Shown here: positions 9,281 through 19,381 of the stretch, in pieces
How the letters are laid out: every line of letters starts with the position of its first letter
How positions within the stretch are numbered: position 1 is the first letter of the stretch
From: Rubripirellula sp.
GTDB lineage: Bacteria; Planctomycetota; Planctomycetia; Pirellulales; Pirellulaceae
Direction: 5' to 3'
Length of the DNA stretch: 64,000 bases
Assembly: GCA_965216875.1 (NCBI GenBank)
Contig: OZ244207.1
Span: forward strand, 7,456,001-7,520,000
Program-made: the position numbers and the translations under genes
The notes under the pieces: generated by a model
Seen by the model: the letters and a program-made list of their open reading frames with translations, nothing else
What the model was told of the DNA's origin: nothing
Database searches by the model: none

Positions 9281-12200
9281 TTAAGCTTCGGACCGTGACT
9301 CGGGGATTTCGATCCGACCGCGCACGTCGCGAAGCTCACGAAGGATCTCAGGGATCAAGTCAAAGTCTTCGTCTCGGCTTGATCGTTCAATGGTTCCGGC
9401 CAACGTGGCGAGTGATGAGAAACCACAGCTTGCTGCGGATCCCTTCAAGGCATGAGCCAGATCAATGAGCTGTTGCGAGTCGTTTGCGGCCAATGCTGTT
9501 TCGATCACTTCGAATCGCGCGTCAAGTTGGTCGACAAATCGCACAACGATTTCGCGGAATTTTGGCTTCTCGATTGGCAAGGTTGAAAAGACTGGCTCGC
9601 TGTCGGATGGGTTCGACTGATTCACGCTCGGCACCTCAGTTTGGTGTGGTTGCTCGGTCTTTGGACTCGGACTTGCAGCAGGGGCTTCGCTTTGTGTGTT
9701 GGTATCCCCCGGTAGGATAACCTCAGCAAGTGGCCGGACGCCACCGATTTCGATTCGGGGCAGCATCGACCGGATCTGTTCGATGCGTTTTCCCGCGTCC
9801 GCAGTTTTGCCATCGCGGGCATGGTGTTCGAGTTGTTTGGCAGGTTCCATCAGCTCCATCAAGCCGACATTCGGTCCAGAACCTTTCAACCAATGAGCAA
9901 GATCGGCGAGTTGCTTGAAGTCGCCATGATCAAGTGCCACGCTCATCTCAGAAACCTTCATTGGCAGTCGGCCGACGAATTCCTGAACGATAGACTGGAA
10001 GGTCGAGCCACGCTCAGCCAGCATCGACCGAATCGGACTGCTCGCTTCGCACTCGTTCGATGGGGCGTTGGACGCATCCGTTCGCTGCTCGGCGCTGCCG
10101 TTTCCGCTCACCCCGATTTCACTGCCGCTCGACTTGGCCGAAGGGGCCGAAGGGGCCGACTTGGCGGAAGGGGCGGAGGGGGCCGCTTCGACGTTGGTGC
10201 TGCCAGCGGCCACGCCGGCAACTTCGCTTAGGGTGGCGATCAGTTTGTCGAATTCGATTGGCTTGCTTAAGAACCCACTGCATCCCGCATCGAGACACTG
10301 GTCTTCGGCTTCGTGCATGGCGTGTGCGGTCAGCGCAACGATAGGGCGATCGTAGCCCATCTCGCGAAGTTTGCGTGTCGCCGTGTAGCCATCCATCACG
10401 GGCATTTGCATGTCCATCAGCACGACGTCGAATGCTTTGGATGTGGCCAATTCAATCGCTTCGACACCGTTGATCGCGGATTCGTACTTCGCGCCGATTT
10501 CGGTCAGAATCAAACCGAGCAGGTCACGGTTTTCGTCGCCGTCGTCAACAAGCAATACGTTCAGTTCCGGCAGCTTTACAGAAAGTGGACCGGCCTCTTC
10601 TTCAGCGACTTGCAGGTCTTCGTCGGTCGGGCGAATCATTGCGACGCCATCAATCGCTCCGGCGTCCACGGTCACAACAAAGACGCTGCCGACGCCTGGT
10701 TCGGAATGAACAACGATTCCGCCGCCGAGGGCTTCCGCGAATCGCTTGCTGATTGAGAGTCCGAGGCCAGTGCCTCCGAAGCGCCGCGTCACGGTGGCGT
10801 CCGCCTGCGAAAACGGATCGAAGATCTTATTGGCCGCTTCTTGCGTCATACCAATACCAGTGTCGACCACTTGGAAGACGATTTGGTTTTGGCCGTGTTC
10901 GATTTGAAACTTGGTGATCACACGAACGCCACCCTTCTCGGTGAACTTGATCGCGTTGCCAACCAAATTCGTCAGGATCTGGCGGATTCTCGCCGGATCG
11001 CTCTGAATCGTTGCCGGAATGTCGGATTCGAATTGGTAGTCGAGCCAGATCCCTTTCTCCTCGGCCCTCACATTCATGACCGTGATCACGTCGGCAACGA
11101 CCTGGTGAGCAGCGCAGTCAATCTGTTCGACTTCGAGGCCTCCCGCTTCCACCTTCGACAGGTCCAAGATGTCGTTGATCAGATTCAACAAATGCGTGCC
11201 GCTTGAGTGAATCGTGTTAAGGTGTTTCTGTCGCTTTCCTTCGTCCTGTTCAATGTCGCGGCGCAAGACTTCGGTGAAACCGAGAATCGCATTCATCGGT
11301 GTGCGAATTTCGTGACTCATGTTAGCAAGGAAGCTCGTTTTTGCTTCGTTTGCCGCCTCGGCGCTTTCCTTGGCTTCGCTTAGTTGTTGCTTGGTGCGTT
11401 CGAGTTCGGAAACGTCATCAAGGCTGATGAGCACACCTTGCGCGGCGCCACCCGAACCGATCACAGGTGAACAGCTGACCTGAAAGATGGCGTCATCACG
11501 TCCGCCGCGTTTGTAGGCAATGATTTCACCCAGCACGCTTTGACCCGACTTGAGAACGCGTGTCCAAGGGAATTCTTTTTCCTCTCCCGTTAGCGCCCAA
11601 GGCAGTTCAGACGCTTCCATGCCGACCATCTGCTGCGGTGTCCGATTAATGGACTCGGCAAGCGATCGGTTAGCGAGCACGATCTTTGATCTACGGTCGA
11701 TCACCAACAAACCGTCACCAAGCGTATCTAGCGCATTACGAACGCGTCCCGGAACGGCACCGGTCGGGTCGATATGGTTGAGCATCTTGCGGAGGTAGAG
11801 GTAGAAGACCAACCAGCTGAACAAGCCCATCATGATCACGAGGCGATTGCTCGGCTGGTCCAACATCCCCATCCAACCACGACGCACGAGTGGTTTGTAG
11901 CAAATTTCGACGCGTCCCCAGTCGGCGCCGCCAGCATGCAGCGGCACGTAAACTTGGCGGTCATCGGAGACTTCGACGGTTGTGTCCCAGAGTGCCTGGT
12001 GATCGCCGACGACCGCAATCAGTTCGCCATCTCGACGACGAATTGCGCCACTCAAGATTTCGTCGTTGCGCTCGACCACTGATTCGAGTAGGCCTTCCAT
12101 GCGGTGAATGTCACGCTGCAAAATCACTGGACGGATTTGCAATGCGACGAGTTCGCTAATCGCACAGCGTCCCCACATCGCAGTCTTACGATGGTCTGGC

Positions 12201-12292
12201 AGCAAGCCAGCCATATTCAAAACAAGCAACATGGTGACAACCAGTGTCGCCATGCCCATTGCCATTCGCGCTTTGGCGGAAAGCCGAAACAT
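9281..12292 (-). CDS. Hybrid sensor histidine kinase (2 TM, PAS, HisKA, HATPase, REC, two Hpt domains)
   Basis: FLANMSHEIRTPMN H-box, NLVGNAIKFT, GGTGLGL, REC VLMDMQMP, Hpt motifs LAHWLKGSG and LAHALKGSA. Confidence 0.93.
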   Translation of the reverse strand: MFRLSAKARMAMGMATLVVTMLLVLNMAGLLPDHRKTAMWGRCAISELVALQIRPVILQRDIHRMEGLLESVVERNDEILSGAIRRRDGELIAVVGDHQALWDTTVEVSDDRQVYVPLHAGGADWGRVEICYKPLVRRGWMGMLDQPSNRLVIMMGLFSWLVFYLYLRKMLNHIDPTGAVPGRVRNALDTLGDGLLVIDRRSKIVLANRSLAESINRTPQQMVGMEASELPWALTGEEKEFPWTRVLKSGQSVLGEIIAYKRGGRDDAIFQVSCSPVIGSGGAAQGVLISLDDVSELERTKQQLSEAKESAEAANEAKTSFLANMSHEIRTPMNAILGFTEVLRRDIEQDEGKRQKHLNTIHSSGTHLLNLINDILDLSKVEAGGLEVEQIDCAAHQVVADVITVMNVRAEEKGIWLDYQFESDIPATIQSDPARIRQILTNLVGNAIKFTEKGGVRVITKFQIEHGQNQIVFQVVDTGIGMTQEAANKIFDPFSQADATVTRRFGGTGLGLSISKRFAEALGGGIVVHSEPGVGSVFVVTVDAGAIDGVAMIRPTDEDLQVAEEEAGPLSVKLPELNVLLVDDGDENRDLLGLILTEIGAKYESAINGVEAIELATSKAFDVVLMDMQMPVMDGYTATRKLREMGYDRPIVALTAHAMHEAEDQCLDAGCSGFLSKPIEFDKLIATLSEVAGVAAGSTNVEAAPSAPSAKSAPSAPSAKSSGSEIGVSGNGSAEQRTDASNAPSNECEASSPIRSMLAERGSTFQSIVQEFVGRLPMKVSEMSVALDHGDFKQLADLAHWLKGSGPNVGLMELMEPAKQLEHHARDGKTADAGKRIEQIRSMLPRIEIGGVRPLAEVILPGDTNTQSEAPAASPSPKTEQPHQTEVPSVNQSNPSDSEPVFSTLPIEKPKFREIVVRFVDQLDARFEVIETALAANDSQQLIDLAHALKGSAASCGFSSLATLAGTIERSSRDEDFDLIPEILRELRDVRGRIEIPESRSEA
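10131..10184. repeat. 27-bp tandem duplication encoding APSAPSAKS twice in the kinase linker
   Basis: gacttggccgaaggggccgaaggggcc followed by gacttggcggaaggggcggagggggcc. Confidence 0.85.
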
Positions 12293-12743
12293 CTTGCGTG
12301 TCGCGCCGTTCTAAATGTTGCCCCAAATTCAACGGCTCGAGAGTGCCCCGCAAGCCATGCAAGAGGTTTCCAATCGACAACGACAAAAGATGCTCACAGG
12401 AAACCTCAGTTGAAACTTAGGCCGCAGGGAACATGGGCACGCGCAAGGAAGCGGCCATCGAGTCAAACATGTTGCCGTGTCGTCCGAATGATCCCGTCAA
12501 TCGGATTGTGCCTGTCGTAGGTTGCCAGCGTCCAACCCCCAACACAGGTGCGCGGCTTGTCGAGAAAGGGACCGGTGTTCCGGTTAGGCAAGCTTGGCAA
12601 CACCTAGCGTCTACCAAAGCGGGATGATCATCGTTTTCGGGATGATGTGATTATTCCAGTTGGCCGGTCGTGCCGATCGTCCCAACTAGCGGTGCGCTGT
12701 CACCGGCTGGAAAAAACACCAAGATCCTCTTCAGAAAACTGCT

Positions 12744-14867
12744 GTGAAACTCGCAGGTCAGCTTCGTCGTCTCTCGCTCCGTACCTTGGTTGCGGCGTTT
12801 GCCGCTGCGCATTTCACGACCGCAGCATCCGCACAGTCGCCCCTTTCCTTTGATGAACTCTCACGCAAATATCCACTGACCTACAACCGTGCCACGACCG
12901 CAACCCCTTTGGGCATCAAGGGCACTTTGACCCAAGCAAGATTGGCTGGCGGGCTTCGTGCCGAAACGAGCACGCCCGGTGGAGTTGATGGTGTGTTGCA
13001 AGAAACACTACAGGAGATGAGCCGCAAGGGCGTCACCCATCCGGCGGCCGAATTCGAATTGGTCGGCGACCCACACGAGCCAATCGAAGAAGTCTTGATT
13101 GCGCCCGTCGGCCAAATCGATCCCTACTCGACCATTCCGCCCGCGGTTTCACATGGTCCCTACGATTGCCGTCTCGAGCCCTATCGATCGCGAGCCTACG
13201 AACTCGATGCACTCGGCGATCGTGACACGCTGCCGGCGCCGGTTGCCGGTGACCTGCGAATGTGGTGGGACGAGGCGATGGCCAAACCGATGGGGATCAG
13301 CAATGAATCTCTGCCGATCGATATCGCTAACCTGACGCAGGTGACGATCCAGTCTTCGCCATTGGTCCAAGGCATTTTGACTGAACCGCAAATCATGCGG
13401 AACGATATGGTGATCGCGGATGCGGAGTTTGATTCACTTGCGTTCGTCGAGGCCAAGTTTGCGGACACGAACGAACCGGTTGGCAGCACGCTCACAACGG
13501 GCGACAACTCGAATCGATTTCGCGATCACACCTTTTCATCATCGCTTGGGATTCGCAAAAAGACGCGTCGAGGGGCATCTCTCGAACTGGCGCAAAAGGG
13601 CGGATACCAAGACAACAACTCGACGTTCCTCGTACCCAATCCGCAAGGCACAACGCGATTGGAGTTGAATTTCACGCAGCCACTCTTGAAAGATGGTGGT
13701 CGCGCTGTCAATCACACTCGTGTGCTGCTTGCACAACTGGATATCAAGTTGGCCGAAGCCGAGGTGCGAGCCGACCTCGAGAAACACCTCGTCGATGTCA
13801 CTCGCGCCTATTGGGAACTGTATCAGGCACGCGCGGAATGGTTGCAACGCAATCGTTTGCTCGAAGGTGCCAAAACGTTGCATGACATTTTGATCGCACG
13901 CGACGGAGTCGATTCGCTCCAACGCCAGGTGTTGCGCGCCCGCGCCGCAGTCACGAGCCGCCGAAGCGATTTGGTGCGAGCAGAGACCCGGATTCGCAAC
14001 GCCCAAGCGCAGTTGCGTCTTTTGTCGGGTAGTCCCCAACTGATCCAATCACGGCGTTGGGAACTGACACCACAAGACCAGCCGCTTGCCCTGTCGGTTC
14101 AGGTTTCGACGCGCGATGCGACGGTCCAGGCGCTCGACAATCGTCCCGATATCGCCAAAGCGATTCGCAACATTCAAGCCGTCTCCGCACGTGTGGGTGC
14201 CGCCAAGAATCAGGTCCTGCCGCGATTGGATCTGATCCTAAGTACCTATGTGGCCGGTCTTGAGAACAAGACGGATGTTTTTGGTGCCTGGGTCAATCAA
14301 TTTGCGGATGGCCGACCGAGTTACGCAGCCGGCTTTTTGTTTGAAGTTCCACTTGGCAACCGTGCAAGCCGCGCACGATTGGAACGGAACAAATGGGAAA
14401 TGGCTCGGGCCATGCATGAGTTCCAACAGACCATGGAAGTCGTGTTTGCTGACGTCGAGATCGCTGTTCGCGAAACACAGACGACCTATGAGGAGATGTC
14501 GACGAAGCGCCGAGCGATCGAAGCGGCCCAGAAAGAAGTCGCTTATTTGGAGCAACGTTGGCGATTGTTGCCCGATCCGAATGAGTCCGCAGTCTTGTTG
14601 ATTGAAGATCTTTTGGATGCGCAAGAACGTTTGGCTGATGAAGAACGCGCCTTCACCTCTTCGCAAGTCGCTTACGCGATGTCTTGGGTTCAGCTGCGAC
14701 GATCAATGGGAGTCTTGCTGCAAATCGATGACTCCTTCGTCGCCCCTATGCCCGAGATGGTTGAATCGGTGCCCGTGGGATCTCCCGCTGCCATGCCTTC
14801 CGCTCAAGTTGCTGATGCCCCCGCTACATCATCAAACGCGTGGTCCAATTCGCGGGCGGTGCAATGA
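12744..14867 (+). CDS. TolC family outer membrane protein
   Basis: Signal peptide, long N-terminal extension, OEP repeats (FTQPLLK, ALDNRPDI, LPRLDL, FEVPLGNR); stop overlaps the next start (ATGA). Confidence 0.88.
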   Translation: MKLAGQLRRLSLRTLVAAFAAAHFTTAASAQSPLSFDELSRKYPLTYNRATTATPLGIKGTLTQARLAGGLRAETSTPGGVDGVLQETLQEMSRKGVTHPAAEFELVGDPHEPIEEVLIAPVGQIDPYSTIPPAVSHGPYDCRLEPYRSRAYELDALGDRDTLPAPVAGDLRMWWDEAMAKPMGISNESLPIDIANLTQVTIQSSPLVQGILTEPQIMRNDMVIADAEFDSLAFVEAKFADTNEPVGSTLTTGDNSNRFRDHTFSSSLGIRKKTRRGASLELAQKGGYQDNNSTFLVPNPQGTTRLELNFTQPLLKDGGRAVNHTRVLLAQLDIKLAEAEVRADLEKHLVDVTRAYWELYQARAEWLQRNRLLEGAKTLHDILIARDGVDSLQRQVLRARAAVTSRRSDLVRAETRIRNAQAQLRLLSGSPQLIQSRRWELTPQDQPLALSVQVSTRDATVQALDNRPDIAKAIRNIQAVSARVGAAKNQVLPRLDLILSTYVAGLENKTDVFGAWVNQFADGRPSYAAGFLFEVPLGNRASRARLERNKWEMARAMHEFQQTMEVVFADVEIAVRETQTTYEEMSTKRRAIEAAQKEVAYLEQRWRLLPDPNESAVLLIEDLLDAQERLADEERAFTSSQVAYAMSWVQLRRSMGVLLQIDDSFVAPMPEMVESVPVGSPAAMPSAQVADAPATSSNAWSNSRAVQ

Positions 14868-16861
14868 TCTGGCGTTGGTGGGAAAGTACGTCAACCAAAC
14901 GTGACGATGTGGACCGGACGGCATTAGCTCGGTCGAAACGGCGACGCTTATCCAAGCCGGGTCTGATCGAGCAGGTGATTGATCAATCGAGACAGGTTGC
15001 GATGTCGCTGCGTGAAAGCTCGCACGAGGCATTGTCCAAACACACCGAACAATTGAGGCATTTTTCAGGATCGAAAGAGACCGAATTGGCTCAGATGTGG
15101 TCGCTCGCCGCCGGCGGAGTGATCGAGGCGATCCGCCAGTGTCACGGAATCGAACTCTTTGACGTCCAGATTCGCGCCGGGGTCATTGTGTCGGCCGGTG
15201 CCGTTGCCGAAATGCAAACGGGTGAGGGGAAGACTTATTCGGCGGCACTTCCGGCCTACGTCCAAGCGCTCGCGGGGCGTGGCGTGCACGTGGCAACGCC
15301 CAATCAATATCTGGCCGGTCGTGACCATGGAAAGCTACAGCCGGTTTTCGAGCGTCTCGGTATGACGGTTGGCTTGCTTGACGATCAAGCGAAACCGCAT
15401 GAAACCAAGGCTGCCTACGATTGCGACATCACCTATGGACCTGGACACGCCTTCGGGTTCGACTACTTACGTGACCAGCTTACGTTGTCGCCGTCCCAAC
15501 CCGGGCAGGTTGATGCTCCTCGATTGGGAATCAAAACGCTCCAACGCGTCACGGGGTGTTCACCCGAATCTCGTTTGCTGCAGCGAGGTTTGTACGCATC
15601 GATCATTGACGAAGTCGATCATGTTCTTTTGGACGATGCGGTTTCACCGCTGCTGCTGAGCGCGAGCGGCAAAGACGAAGCCATGGACGCTGCCGTTCAC
15701 CAAGCGGCGTGCCAACTCGCGAGTGAATTAGATGAACCCGAGTGTTACACGATCAATGGTGGTTCCGCTTCGCTGACCGACGAGGGTTTCGCCCGGGTCT
15801 ATGCAGATGAAACGATGGCCGTTCACGATCGGCTTATTCGACCCTGGCACGAGTACGTCGTCTTGGCGCTACGCGCCCGCCACGTTTTGCGACGCGATGT
15901 TGACTACGTGGTTCGCGACGACGACATCCAGATCATTGATTCATCCACGGGGCGTATTTTTGAAGACCGAACCTGGTCTGAAGGGTTGCATCAAGCGATC
16001 CAGGCGATCGAAGGTTTGCGCGTCACCACCGAAACGCTTGCGATGGCACGAATCACTCGACAACGTTTCTATCGCTACTACGAATCGCTTGGTGGGATGA
16101 CCGGGACGGCAACCGGGTGCGAACGAGAGTTCGCATCGGTCTACGGTTTGCCGGTCATGGAAGTGCCACTGCGTGTCCCGTCGCGGCGCAGGTTGTTTAA
16201 GGACTACGTGTGCGCCACGCGAGCCGAGAAAATCGCGGCCATCGTCGAAGAGACGGTCGATCTTCATGAGCAAGGCCGCGCGGTGTTGATCGGCACGCTC
16301 AATATCGCTGAAAGCTTGAACGTCGCCAGCGAACTTGCACAACAGGGGCTGGTTTACCAGCTGCTCAATGGCGTCCAGGATGCTGACGAAGCATCGATCG
16401 TCGAAGTGGCCGGGCAACCGGGGGCGATTACGGTTGCAACCAATCTTGCCGGACGTGGAACGGATATCTCGCTAGCCGAATCGGTTTCCCAAGCCGGTGG
16501 TCTGCACGTGATCGTTACCGAAAAACATTCCTTGTCGCGAGTTGATCGGCAACTGATCGGTCGCTGCGCTCGCTGTGGCGATCCAGGCACGGCTCGAGTC
16601 TACCTGTCGGCTGAAGACGAGTTGATTGAAAAACACGCTCCGTGGATTGGTCGGGCAATTCGTCGCCGCTGCGCGTCCGTCGCATCAGGGGGCGCGCCGC
16701 CATTCGAACAAGGCGAATTGGACGGACGTTTGTCGTCGGCGCAAAAGAGCCTTCAACGGGGTGAATCGGCGCAGCGATGGAACCTGCTGCAAGCCGATCA
16801 GCGAAACGAACAATTACTTAACAAGACGTCGTCGTCCCCAAGTGGATGTTGGCAGTTGTAA
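14864..16861 (+). CDS. secA: Short accessory SecA paralogue (SecA DEAD motor and preprotein cross-linking domain, lacking most of the C-terminal wing/scaffold)
   Basis: AEMQTGEGKT Walker A, IIDEVD, GMTGTA, VATNLAGRGTDI, RVDRQLIGRCARCGDPG; only about 665 aa; ATG 14864 overlaps the TolC stop. Confidence 0.9.
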   Translation: MIWRWWESTSTKRDDVDRTALARSKRRRLSKPGLIEQVIDQSRQVAMSLRESSHEALSKHTEQLRHFSGSKETELAQMWSLAAGGVIEAIRQCHGIELFDVQIRAGVIVSAGAVAEMQTGEGKTYSAALPAYVQALAGRGVHVATPNQYLAGRDHGKLQPVFERLGMTVGLLDDQAKPHETKAAYDCDITYGPGHAFGFDYLRDQLTLSPSQPGQVDAPRLGIKTLQRVTGCSPESRLLQRGLYASIIDEVDHVLLDDAVSPLLLSASGKDEAMDAAVHQAACQLASELDEPECYTINGGSASLTDEGFARVYADETMAVHDRLIRPWHEYVVLALRARHVLRRDVDYVVRDDDIQIIDSSTGRIFEDRTWSEGLHQAIQAIEGLRVTTETLAMARITRQRFYRYYESLGGMTGTATGCEREFASVYGLPVMEVPLRVPSRRRLFKDYVCATRAEKIAAIVEETVDLHEQGRAVLIGTLNIAESLNVASELAQQGLVYQLLNGVQDADEASIVEVAGQPGAITVATNLAGRGTDISLAESVSQAGGLHVIVTEKHSLSRVDRQLIGRCARCGDPGTARVYLSAEDELIEKHAPWIGRAIRRRCASVASGGAPPFEQGELDGRLSSAQKSLQRGESAQRWNLLQADQRNEQLLNKTSSSPSGCWQL

Positions 16862-16864
16862 TCG

Positions 16865-17797
16865 ATGGAACGGGATGCCATGCAAACGAAATATCGGCTG
16901 ATAGCCCTGTCGCTCTGTTGCTTTGCGGCGACGTTACCATGCGCGTTGCCTGCCGAGGAACTTGAGGCGTTCACCGAACCCTACAAACGCGTTGCCATTC
17001 CTGCTGCGGAAGTCGGTGTCATTGACCGAGTGTTGGTGTCCGAAGGCGACTCCGTTTCCAAAAAGCAGATGCTTGCGCGATTGGACGACCGCGTGCTGCA
17101 GGCCACCTTGCTTGTCGCGCAAGCAGCCAAAGATGCGCTTGGCAATCGACAGGCCGCAGAAGCAGACTTGAAGATGCGCACCCAACAACTTGAGAGCTAT
17201 CGCCAACTGCGCGCTCGTGGAAACGCAACGCAGCGAGAGCTGGAACGGGCCGAGGCGGATCATTTGCAGTCGCAATCTCGCCTGCAAGCGGTCAACGAGG
17301 AACTTGAAGTCAGGCGTCTTGAGTATGAGCGAGTGAAGGCGCAGATCAACCAACGACGCATTGAGTCGCCCATCGAAGGCGTGGTGGTCGAAATCGAGAA
17401 AGAAGAAGGCGAGTTCGTGTCGCCCACCGACCCCGTCGTGATGCACATTGTCCAGCTCAAGATGCTTAAGGCCGTCTTTTCAGCACCGATGTCCTCCGTT
17501 TCGGCACGCGGTCGAAAGGCCTTGCGTCCAGGTCAAACTGTCAAGGTTGTCGTTGGTCCTCAAGAACGTGTTTGTGAGGGCGTGATCGAATTCGTGTCGC
17601 CGGTCGCAGATGCCCAGAGCGCGACGGTCCGCGTCAAGATTCGCATTCCGAACGAAGAGGGCATCGTCCAAAGTGGCGCGGTCTGTCGTTGGGACATGAC
17701 TTCCGCGGCCCCCGTTGAACGGTTAGGACAAAACGTTGAACGGCTCGGACAAAACGTTCAACGATTGGGGCAAGGGGCCAACTCACAGACCAAGTAG
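16865..17797 (+). CDS. HlyD/RND-type periplasmic adaptor
   Basis: Signal peptide, GVIDRVLVSEGDSV and IESPIEGVV lipoyl halves, coiled coil, IEFVSPVAD. Confidence 0.88.
   Translation: MERDAMQTKYRLIALSLCCFAATLPCALPAEELEAFTEPYKRVAIPAAEVGVIDRVLVSEGDSVSKKQMLARLDDRVLQATLLVAQAAKDALGNRQAAEADLKMRTQQLESYRQLRARGNATQRELERAEADHLQSQSRLQAVNEELEVRRLEYERVKAQINQRRIESPIEGVVVEIEKEEGEFVSPTDPVVMHIVQLKMLKAVFSAPMSSVSARGRKALRPGQTVKVVVGPQERVCEGVIEFVSPVADAQSATVRVKIRIPNEEGIVQSGAVCRWDMTSAAPVERLGQNVERLGQNVQRLGQGANSQTK
17714..17776. repeat. Three 21-bp tandem repeats encoding VERLGQN VERLGQN VQRLGQG
   Basis: gttgaacggttaggacaaaac / gttgaacggctcggacaaaac / gttcaacgattggggcaaggg. Confidence 0.85.
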
Positions 17798-17818
17798 GGC
17801 AGGTCGAGATGACCATGC

Positions 17819-19375
17819 TTGCTAGGTGAAACGCAAAAAGTTCAGCAAGTGGATAATGGTGACGGCAAATTGCATGATCCGTCGATTCTGGTTGGTTCAG
17901 GCCAATTTCAGGTCCCGGTCGTTGCTGGAAACACGTCAACCAATCAGGCTGACAACACGGCCAATCCGACAGCACACAACGGGCAACAAACGACAGGCGA
18001 ATCGGAGCTTGTCGTTCGTGCCGAGCAGGCGGAGTTAACCGCCCTCGTCTTGGCGACGATCGTCGAAATCCACTGCGAGATGGATGGAGCGGCGAATCTT
18101 GAGAATGCCGCCGCCGCAGCAGCGCACGCAGTGCGCGATCAGCTTGCAGGAAAATGCGTGTTGGTGGGGTGGAAATCGGAGGACTCAGCAGGCATCAAAC
18201 TCGTTGCTCAGGCTGGGAGTGGTCCGCCCCTATCGCAAGAAGTACATCGGCTTGCCGAAGCAGCGTGCGAAGAAGTGCTGGCTCGAGGCACGTTAACGAT
18301 TTGGCCGGCACAGAAGCACGCGAGCCGTCATGCGTTGATGGCGGTGTCGCAATTTGGTCGTCGTGTTCATTGCGAATCGATGGTCGCAGCACCTTTGACC
18401 GCTGGTCGAGATGGTCGGGCCGGTGTCTTGATTGCGGTCGACTGTGAGTTTCCAGCTGTGGCCGAGCGTCTGATCGACGGACTTCGAGATCCACTCGGTT
18501 CAAAACTGGACGCGTATGCAGAGCAGCGCCCCAGTCGAATTGAATCGCTCGTTCGGCAAACCGTGAATCTGTTTCGTGGCGAACGACGCAAGTTCTTTTC
18601 GCTCGCGTTGACGGCGATCACCTTGTTGATGGTTTTGCCAGTGCGATACCGCATTTCAGGAAGCTGTGAATTGCAACCGGTTCAACGACGGTTTGTCGCA
18701 GCGCCCTTTGACGGTCCTCTCAAAGCAGCGATGGTGCGCCCCGGCGATCTCGTGCTCGAAGAACAGTTGTTGGCAACGATCAATCCGAGAGAGATCGAAT
18801 ACAAGCTTGCCGGCGTTCGCGCAGACCTTTCGAGAGCCCAGCAAGAGCAAAAAGGAATGATGGCCGACCACGACATCGCGGGCAGCAAACTCGCCGCACT
18901 CGAGTCGGCGCGACTGCGATACGAAAAAGAACTGCTCGAATACCAACGTTCCCACCTCGAGATCCGCAGTCCGATCCGCGGCATCGTGGTGAGCGGTGAT
19001 TTGGAAGAAGCGGAAGGCACTCCGCTTTCTCGCGGTGAAACATTGTTCGAGATTGCCCCGCTTGGCCAGATGGTTGTCGAAGTGGCCATCCCGGAAGAAG
19101 ACTTCCCGCATGTTCGGCGCGGGATGCCCGTCGACTTTTATGTTTACTCGCTGCCCAATCGAAAGCTGTCGGGGACACTTCAGCGAATTCATCCCCGTGC
19201 CGAATTGCGCGACCATGACAATGTTTTCATCGGCGAAGTGTTCGTTAGCGATCCTCGAAACCTCTTGCGGCCCGGAATGCGCGGCAAAGCGACCATCACT
19301 GGCGATCGTCACTCGCTCGGTTGGAATCTATTTCACAAGGCATACCACGCCGTTCGAACCTCACTCGTGCTCTAG
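17819..19375 (+). CDS. HlyD-family adaptor with an N-terminal cytoplasmic (GAF-like) domain and one TM helix
   Basis: TM FFSLALTAITLLMVLP, VAAPFDG...VRPGDLV, IRSPIRGIV, LRPGMRG; start codon uncertain (TTG). Confidence 0.8.
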   Translation: MLGETQKVQQVDNGDGKLHDPSILVGSGQFQVPVVAGNTSTNQADNTANPTAHNGQQTTGESELVVRAEQAELTALVLATIVEIHCEMDGAANLENAAAAAAHAVRDQLAGKCVLVGWKSEDSAGIKLVAQAGSGPPLSQEVHRLAEAACEEVLARGTLTIWPAQKHASRHALMAVSQFGRRVHCESMVAAPLTAGRDGRAGVLIAVDCEFPAVAERLIDGLRDPLGSKLDAYAEQRPSRIESLVRQTVNLFRGERRKFFSLALTAITLLMVLPVRYRISGSCELQPVQRRFVAAPFDGPLKAAMVRPGDLVLEEQLLATINPREIEYKLAGVRADLSRAQQEQKGMMADHDIAGSKLAALESARLRYEKELLEYQRSHLEIRSPIRGIVVSGDLEEAEGTPLSRGETLFEIAPLGQMVVEVAIPEEDFPHVRRGMPVDFYVYSLPNRKLSGTLQRIHPRAELRDHDNVFIGEVFVSDPRNLLRPGMRGKATITGDRHSLGWNLFHKAYHAVRTSLVL

Positions 19376-19381
19376 GCTGGT

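Noticed and set aside
12355..12375. Sigma-54-like promoter upstream of the PAS kinase (minus strand TTGGAAACCTCTTGCAT)
   Set aside because: GG-to-GC spacing is 9 nt rather than the required 10.
12516..12610. Imperfect inverted repeat (taggttgccagc ... gcttggcaacaccta) between the kinase and the TolC operon
   Set aside because: It needs several gaps and has no second copy in the window; it could be a decayed REP but is not supportable.
14864..16861. Housekeeping secA or a secA pseudogene
   Set aside because: It is much shorter than canonical SecA, but all motor motifs are intact, the frame is uninterrupted and it is coupled to TolC/HlyD genes, which fits a functional accessory paralogue.
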